A stretch of 64,000 bases of DNA from a virus: positions 46,396-110,395 of IMG/VR virus record IMGVR_UViG_3300046007_003718. One strand, 5' to 3'. The position numbers and the translations under genes are program-made. The notes under the pieces were generated by a model. It worked only from the letters and a program-made list of their open reading frames with translations, was not told the DNA's origin and made no database searches. Shown here piece by piece: positions 58,409 through 64,000 of this stretch (positions are counted from its first letter, which is position 1; each line of letters opens with the position of its first letter).

Positions 58409-59808
58409 TTATTTCTCCATTTTTTGGAAATAGTCATTTGATTTTCTGGGGCTTCAATAGATTTTGGAGGCTTAGGCTTCTTAACTCTTTTTTCCCATTT
58501 GGTTTCCCAATATGGTTTAAAGTCAATTGGTTTAAGAGAGTCGTGCAATTGGTGAGTACCCGGACCTGTTCTTACGTTATCCCAAACTCCCCACTGAAAT
58601 GCTCCAAGCGGCATGTTGTGATATTCAGGATATTGACCTTTAATTTCTTTTAGTTGACTTTCGTATGCGTCATACTGAGAATCGGTACTAGGAACAAAAT
58701 CAGGCCTTCCTAAGAAATTCATCATGTGACGATCTACAGTTGCCAGTTCAGAACTCTTTGGTGCTAGAAGAAGCCACGCAAAAGAAGCCACTTTATTATT
58801 TACACCTTTAATATCAAAGTTTCTTAAGCCCTCGCGCCACAATTCTCCAGTTCCACCAGTCTGTTCAAAATCTTCTCTTGCTAAATCTGTTAGGGCATCT
58901 GCCGCCTGTCCAAGTTGAGCAATAGAATTAACATGATCGTGAATGTATCCGGGGTACTTTTGCCAATACATTTCTTCTCGTTCTGGGCGTTCATATTCTT
59001 GATCACCGAAAAGCATCCCTTGCTCTTCTTTCATTCCAAATGGGTGTTTTCTGTGGAATAAATCACGGTCACGATTCCATTGCTCTCTTAAGGTTTGCAT
59101 TTCTTCCAAATACACTTCGGGATCGCTCTCATCAGGCGGAACGTCTTTAATGTCCTGATAATGAATAGCATTATGAGATAAATCTTTCATGGGAGAAAGT
59201 ATTCCAACTCTCAGCGCGTTAATTACAGCCTTTTTCTGGTCCTCTGGTGATAGTCTTAAGAACTGTATGTCTTGCGCTTCAAGAAGTTGAGCATGTGGAC
59301 CAGCCCCACCTTCCCAATCAAGAGGATCGTTTGGGTTTTCACCACGGAGTTGCATTGGTTCTGCAACCTTCAACCACTTACTTAAAAATTTCTTAACCGG
59401 ACTAACATCAACAATCTCACCCATAATCTCTTTTTCGGGTTCTTCTAGTGGTTTTTGTGGATTTTTAAGATTTCTGGGCTTTAATTGTATAAAAGGATGC
59501 TTTTCTGGGTCTCTAACAACTCTTTGAAAATCTTTAGTAAACCCTTGTGCTTTTACTAGATGGGGTTCCAATCTTCCTGTTTCGTGAATTGGAAACATCA
59601 CAATAGTATCTATTTCATCAGAGTACAAGACTTCTCCGACTTTCCCTTTGGGAACTCGTACAGGTTCGTTTATCTCTGATCCGGGAGGACCACTCTTACC
59701 GGGGTTTTTTGTTGGTTCTGTGGGATGCCTTGATGGATCATATTCCATCACTCTGCCAAAAACATCCGTGCGTGTTTTGACAATATCCCCGTTTTTAAAT
59801 GCACTCAT
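58405..59808 (-). CDS. protein with HhH DNA glycosylase (Ogg2-like) domain
   Basis: IKGVNNKVASF...LATVDRHM resembles Ogg2 KG.G.KEASHF...AI.DRH. Confidence 0.5.
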   Translation of the reverse strand: MSAFKNGDIVKTRTDVFGRVMEYDPSRHPTEPTKNPGKSGPPGSEINEPVRVPKGKVGEVLYSDEIDTIVMFPIHETGRLEPHLVKAQGFTKDFQRVVRDPEKHPFIQLKPRNLKNPQKPLEEPEKEIMGEIVDVSPVKKFLSKWLKVAEPMQLRGENPNDPLDWEGGAGPHAQLLEAQDIQFLRLSPEDQKKAVINALRVGILSPMKDLSHNAIHYQDIKDVPPDESDPEVYLEEMQTLREQWNRDRDLFHRKHPFGMKEEQGMLFGDQEYERPEREEMYWQKYPGYIHDHVNSIAQLGQAADALTDLAREDFEQTGGTGELWREGLRNFDIKGVNNKVASFAWLLLAPKSSELATVDRHMMNFLGRPDFVPSTDSQYDAYESQLKEIKGQYPEYHNMPLGAFQWGVWDNVRTGPGTHQLHDSLKPIDFKPYWETKWEKRVKKPKPPKSIEAPENQMTISKKWRNK

Positions 59809-59833
59809 CTCTTATATTAAGTCAAAGTCCTCC

Positions 59834-59865
59834 AATAAAAATGAGGCCCCCGAAGAGACCTCATT
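59834..59865 (-). terminator. intrinsic terminator
   Basis: AATGAGGTCTC-TTCG-GGGGCCTCATT followed by TTTATT. Confidence 0.8.
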
Positions 59866-59889
59866 CTTAAAACTATATTTAATTTTTAT

Positions 59890-60258
59890 TTAATTATTGG
59901 GAGTGAGTGGAGGAGTGATGTTTGTGTCAGAAATGACAGGATCATCCTCAAATGTAGCAATACTGTCTCCCACATCAGCAGTCACTGCTGCTGGGTTGGC
60001 ATAAGCAATGTTAGTTACAAGATTAACCTTCTGCTTTGCGAAGAACACGCGAGAAGCACCAACAATTGCCTGAGCAACAGCAGAAACAATACCTGCGGCT
60101 GTCGCTAGCCAAAAACCGTACTTGTCTGAGACTGAAGCAGGAAGACTACCCGTTAGAGTGGTCAAAAATGCTGCAATAGCAAACAATCCAGAAGTTACGG
60201 CAGTCACGATACCAGTAATAGTTACTGGACCCCAACCAACATTTACATCTGTGTTCAT
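59890..60258 (-). CDS. putative holin
   Basis: Two TM segments, next to the endolysin. Confidence 0.6.
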   Translation of the reverse strand: MNTDVNVGWGPVTITGIVTAVTSGLFAIAAFLTTLTGSLPASVSDKYGFWLATAAGIVSAVAQAIVGASRVFFAKQKVNLVTNIAYANPAAVTADVGDSIATFEDDPVISDTNITPPLTPNN

Positions 60259-60276
60259 TAAATCTCCTAGTTAATA

Positions 60277-61035
60277 TTAACTTGCCTTCTTGCGGAAACG
60301 GCGTAAACCGTGTCCAAGTCTCTTTTCAAGAGACTTTTGTGCTGCGTTTCTAATCTCAACTGTACCAAATGGACCATAATATCTCAAGTTACCAATTAAG
60401 ATAAAGTATCGCTTATTCTTTCCCTCGCCGCGACTTACTGGACGAGGACGAAGTTGACGATACTCTGGATTGTTCTTTAGCAACTCTAGAGTCTTATCTC
60501 TAGCAGCCTTAGACTTCCAGCGGGCAACCTTACCATTAACAGTTAGAAGTTGAGGACGAGCCTGAGTGTCTTCAAGCCAATATTCCCACTTAACTGGATT
60601 GGGAACATCTTCCTTAATTGCAGGAGGAATAATAATTGTTGCTCCCGCAATTGGACGACGACCAGTGGCTACCATATTGAATTTATTACCCTCAATTGTA
60701 GAAACTGTTCCATCATCGTTGTGCTTAGTAATAATGGCAACATGAATGCCACAATTTACCCAAAGCGAACCGGGAGGAATCGTACTACTACCATCCCATT
60801 TATACTTTTTACCATTTACACAAATTTGGGAAGTTGCTGGGTGATTAATACCAGCGTCGTCTACCCCCGCCTCTGCATACATTGCATCTGAGTACATCCC
60901 ACACCAAGGTTGTCCAGACATTCCCCACCGGGCTTCCCAGCGATCAATATCGGGACCACGATTTGAGCCTAACGGTTGCTCTTTTACCCCAAGGTACTCA
61001 AAAGCCTTCTTTACTACCTTTTCACCTTTTGTCAT
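60277..61035 (-). CDS. endolysin, CHAP/NlpC-P60-type amidase
   Basis: GSN.GP...PWCGM...HVAI...IEGN. Confidence 0.8.
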   Translation of the reverse strand: MTKGEKVVKKAFEYLGVKEQPLGSNRGPDIDRWEARWGMSGQPWCGMYSDAMYAEAGVDDAGINHPATSQICVNGKKYKWDGSSTIPPGSLWVNCGIHVAIITKHNDDGTVSTIEGNKFNMVATGRRPIAGATIIIPPAIKEDVPNPVKWEYWLEDTQARPQLLTVNGKVARWKSKAARDKTLELLKNNPEYRQLRPRPVSRGEGKNKRYFILIGNLRYYGPFGTVEIRNAAQKSLEKRLGHGLRRFRKKAS

Positions 61036-61047
61036 ATACCTTTTCCT

Positions 61048-61407
61048 TTACAATATATTGGGCAACATAGCCCCAATAAATGCACCTACTAATGGTCCTA
61101 TAATAGCAGCAGTAATTGCAATTGTCAAACTGCGCGTATGCCGCCTATCTTCTTTACTCTCAACCAGTTCCCGATCCATACTCTTTTCTGTTTGAGACAG
61201 TTGGAACTTTAATTGATCAATTTGTAACGCTTGAATTTCATTTTTCAAACTCTCCACTTGGACTCCCAACTGACTAAACTTCTCGTCTATAGATTTAGAT
61301 AGATCACCAAACGCATCCCTACTTTCCTGTCTAAAGTCTTCAAATTCTCTATAATTAACAAAATTTGAATCTTCAGGAGAGAGTGTTATGGGGAAACTGC
61401 TTGACAT
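61048..61407 (-). CDS. coiled-coil membrane protein (lysis accessory)
   Basis: Coiled coil plus C-terminal TM. Confidence 0.55.
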   Translation of the reverse strand: MSSSFPITLSPEDSNFVNYREFEDFRQESRDAFGDLSKSIDEKFSQLGVQVESLKNEIQALQIDQLKFQLSQTEKSMDRELVESKEDRRHTRSLTIAITAAIIGPLVGAFIGAMLPNIL

Positions 61408-61408
61408 T

Positions 61409-61966
61409 TTAAATCCTTTTCCATTTTGTTGTTCTTATTCCGGGTTGTGGAGTATTGTACGTTTCCATTCCCGGAAGTGTAAGTTGTGTTCCCGGATCTT
61501 GCGGAACGCCAACTTCAGGGGCTTGCTGTTGCATAACTTCATAATTAGGCATAGGTGCTGGAGGCAATTGCTTTCTCTGTTTAAAAAGAGTCATTTGTGG
61601 ATCTGAAGTAAAAGGCTCACTCCATGATTGCCACATAGCAGCCATAATGTGAGAACAAGGACGACCTTCAAGTTTTTTCCATTGCCTTGTTCTTTGCCAA
61701 GCATACTTACCCCAATCACAACCGCATTCCCAACCACTTTTTCTAATGTTATTTATACCATCTCTGTAGATGATAATGTCATAAGTACCATTATCACCCT
61801 CAACTTGACCCTGCACAACATTCACTTCATTGACTGTTAGAAGAACACGCCCTTCGTCTTTCAGTCTTTTTGCTTTCGTAACAATATCAGCCCAAGCGGC
61901 TTCCTTAACTAAGGATAAAGCCTCTTTAACTGTTTTTGCTTGCTTGACAATTTCTAATTCAGACAT
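61409..61966 (-). CDS. SWIM zinc-finger protein
   Basis: CGCDW...RPCSH; N-terminal KQA/KEA/KEA. Confidence 0.65.
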   Translation of the reverse strand: MSELEIVKQAKTVKEALSLVKEAAWADIVTKAKRLKDEGRVLLTVNEVNVVQGQVEGDNGTYDIIIYRDGINNIRKSGWECGCDWGKYAWQRTRQWKKLEGRPCSHIMAAMWQSWSEPFTSDPQMTLFKQRKQLPPAPMPNYEVMQQQAPEVGVPQDPGTQLTLPGMETYNTPQPGIRTTKWKRI

Positions 61967-61967
61967 A

Positions 61968-63878
61968 TTAGTATTTCATTGCGTTAACATCATAATTTTC
62001 CTGCAAATGCTCAGGATTTGGATCATCTTCATCACGATCTATTGGATATTCATGAGCAATATCCGGTTGTGTATTAATTACCCTGCCGGAACCAAAGTCA
62101 TAAAAGGCTATTTGCTGCTCATTCTGAGCGAGCCTTAAAGCATCCATTTCGTTTGGAACAATTCTTACCAAGTCTAGGTACACTAAACCTTTACCATTTT
62201 TGGTGTCATTCCATGATCCGATCTTCACATCTGGATTCTTAGATAAAAATTTTGCATGTTCATTTTTAAATCTTTTCACATCATCTTCATCAAAATGTCT
62301 AATATCAATAGCAGTCCCGTGATCATTCAGTCCGACGCCAAAATCTTCCCCATCGAATCCTGAAAAATCAGAGTTCCAAGTGAAGCCTTGACCCTCTTTA
62401 AAAGTCTTACTCATTCCAGTATGAAAATCTGGATGCAGCGCGGCAAACTTATTTTTTGATGATATTTTATTTGCATATAGAGTATTCACGATATTCAACA
62501 ATTCTTGGCGATTATTTAAGGAAGGATGTTCAATGACTAAATCCATCAACTTTTTAATTACTTCTCCAACTTGTGGGCCAGCCGATATACCCAATACCTT
62601 GATAATATCATTTCCATTTATTGCAAGATCTTTTGGAGAAAAAACTGTTTGCGATGCTGTTTCGTTATCAACAAGATTTCTCATTTTGTCAACCATCATT
62701 CGTGTTGCTTGTTCATTTCCCTTACCCATATGATCTGCCTCTCTAAGATTGAGCAGATCGTTAGCAACTTCTGAGGAACCCGAATTATTAAGAAATTTTC
62801 TAGCGCCCTTTGGAGAATTAAAAGTAGGAAACATATGGTTGTTAATTAAATGTTTAACTCTAGAAATTCTATTTGCTGGATATCGCAGTTTTGACAAAAT
62901 TCCTTCTGCCATTTCTGCACCAACTTCATCATGATTAGCACCCTGTCCTTGCTCTCCCTTATAAAAATGTCCGACTCCGTTTTCATCTTCCCACATAGAA
63001 GATGGCTTGCCAATATCGTGCAGCAAAGCCGCCATACGAACATCTGTATCGTTAGTCAAGCCTGAAACGTTTTTCAATACATTCATAAGGTGAGTGCCAA
63101 GATCATGTTTATGGTAAGGATTTTTCTGATCAAAGCCAAACGTAGTATGCACTTCTGGCAAGAAATGCTTTAGCACACCAGTTTCTTGTCCAAGTTTAAT
63201 TGCTTCTGATGGATAGTTACCTGAAAGTATTTTCTCTAATTCCTGTCCAATAGTTTCCATTGGAGTATTTTTTAAATATGGGCCATGTAGCCTCATTTGC
63301 TCTCTTGTCTCTTCATCAGGCTGAAGACCATGCTTGCTCAATGCAGTTAACGCTCTCATTGTGCGAGAAGAATCATCTCGGAAAGAATTGGGGTGAACAG
63401 TTTTTAAAACGCCATTTTCAATATCTTTTAGACCGTCAAAGGGGTCAACAACTTTTCCAGTTTTTGCATTAACTGCAATTGCGTTAGCAGTAAAATCTCT
63501 TCTCTCTAAATCTTTCTCTACTGGAATAGATGAATCTGATTTTATTTGCCAATCTTTGTTACCTTCTCCAGTTTTTACTTCAATTCTAGGCAAAGCAATC
63601 TCTACTTCACTGCCTCCGTAATTAAATCTATAAACGGGAAATTGTTTGCCTGTTAGGGATAATTTTGCTTTTGGAACGCCTTTCAATACAGATTCTATGG
63701 TATCGCCGTTTACCTTAGCCATTAAATCAATATCTTTAGGCCTTTTACCGAGAACCACATCTCTTGGCGCTCCTCCAACTACATAAACTTCCCCAAAAGG
63801 AGAGAGACTGTCAACCGCCATCTTTGCAGCAGGATCATCATTTACTAATCTTAAAATATTTTCTGATAAATTCATCAA
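61968..63878 (-). CDS. cca: class II tRNA nucleotidyltransferase (CCA-adding) with HD domain and extra C-terminal domain
   Basis: VGGAPRD...KDID, RRDFTANA, DDSSR, LLHDIGK, DLAING. Confidence 0.9.
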   Translation of the reverse strand: MMNLSENILRLVNDDPAAKMAVDSLSPFGEVYVVGGAPRDVVLGKRPKDIDLMAKVNGDTIESVLKGVPKAKLSLTGKQFPVYRFNYGGSEVEIALPRIEVKTGEGNKDWQIKSDSSIPVEKDLERRDFTANAIAVNAKTGKVVDPFDGLKDIENGVLKTVHPNSFRDDSSRTMRALTALSKHGLQPDEETREQMRLHGPYLKNTPMETIGQELEKILSGNYPSEAIKLGQETGVLKHFLPEVHTTFGFDQKNPYHKHDLGTHLMNVLKNVSGLTNDTDVRMAALLHDIGKPSSMWEDENGVGHFYKGEQGQGANHDEVGAEMAEGILSKLRYPANRISRVKHLINNHMFPTFNSPKGARKFLNNSGSSEVANDLLNLREADHMGKGNEQATRMMVDKMRNLVDNETASQTVFSPKDLAINGNDIIKVLGISAGPQVGEVIKKLMDLVIEHPSLNNRQELLNIVNTLYANKISSKNKFAALHPDFHTGMSKTFKEGQGFTWNSDFSGFDGEDFGVGLNDHGTAIDIRHFDEDDVKRFKNEHAKFLSKNPDVKIGSWNDTKNGKGLVYLDLVRIVPNEMDALRLAQNEQQIAFYDFGSGRVINTQPDIAHEYPIDRDEDDPNPEHLQENYDVNAMKY

Positions 63879-64000
63879 GCAATCCTCTGGCCAATGTTTC
63901 TTAATCTGTCAAAAGTTCCATTATTGTCAAGAAATTTATAGATTATATTACCTTCACTGTAATCGCCATAAATTACTTGATCTTCTTTTCTTCTTTGCCT

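Noticed and set aside
1-64000. Plus-strand ORFs in the track (e.g. 1056-1799, 1919-2671, 11252-11764)
   Set aside because: They are antisense shadows of minus-strand genes that carry SDs, promoters and protein motifs

Overview
A 64-kb segment of a large tailed dsDNA phage. Every supportable gene is on the minus strand. Gene content and order resemble large actinobacteriophages of the Bxz1/E3 type; this is an inference, as no search was run. 1-14.5 kb is a GC-rich early or host-takeover region of small genes. Most have their own sigma70-type promoter, many are tied to a repeated TAAACG element, and the region holds an RNA locus at 9.1-9.5 kb: a type I hammerhead ribozyme, a ~240-nt structured RNA, and a tRNA-Glu-like RNA with no normal anticodon arm. 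14.5-20 kb is nucleotide metabolism (ThyX, dNMP kinase, metallophosphoesterase). 20-31 kb is portal, large acidic virion proteins and terminase. 31-42 kb is recombination and replication (sigma-4 HTH, RuvC, two PD-(D/E)xK nucleases, RecA, DnaE, RNase H, SSB, primase, DnaB, DnaC-like loader). 43-58 kb is virion proteins, including six modular tail-fibre paralogues. 58-64 kb has an HhH glycosylase-like protein, lysis genes, a SWIM protein and a CCA-adding enzyme with an extra C-terminal domain. The most novel signals are the ribozyme/ncRNA/tRNA-mimic locus, the TAAACG gene-promoter cassettes, [K/R]-x-A-punctuated virion polyproteins, slot-swapped tail fibres and a possible SSB-RNase H +1 frameshift. 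All calls come from motifs read by eye.
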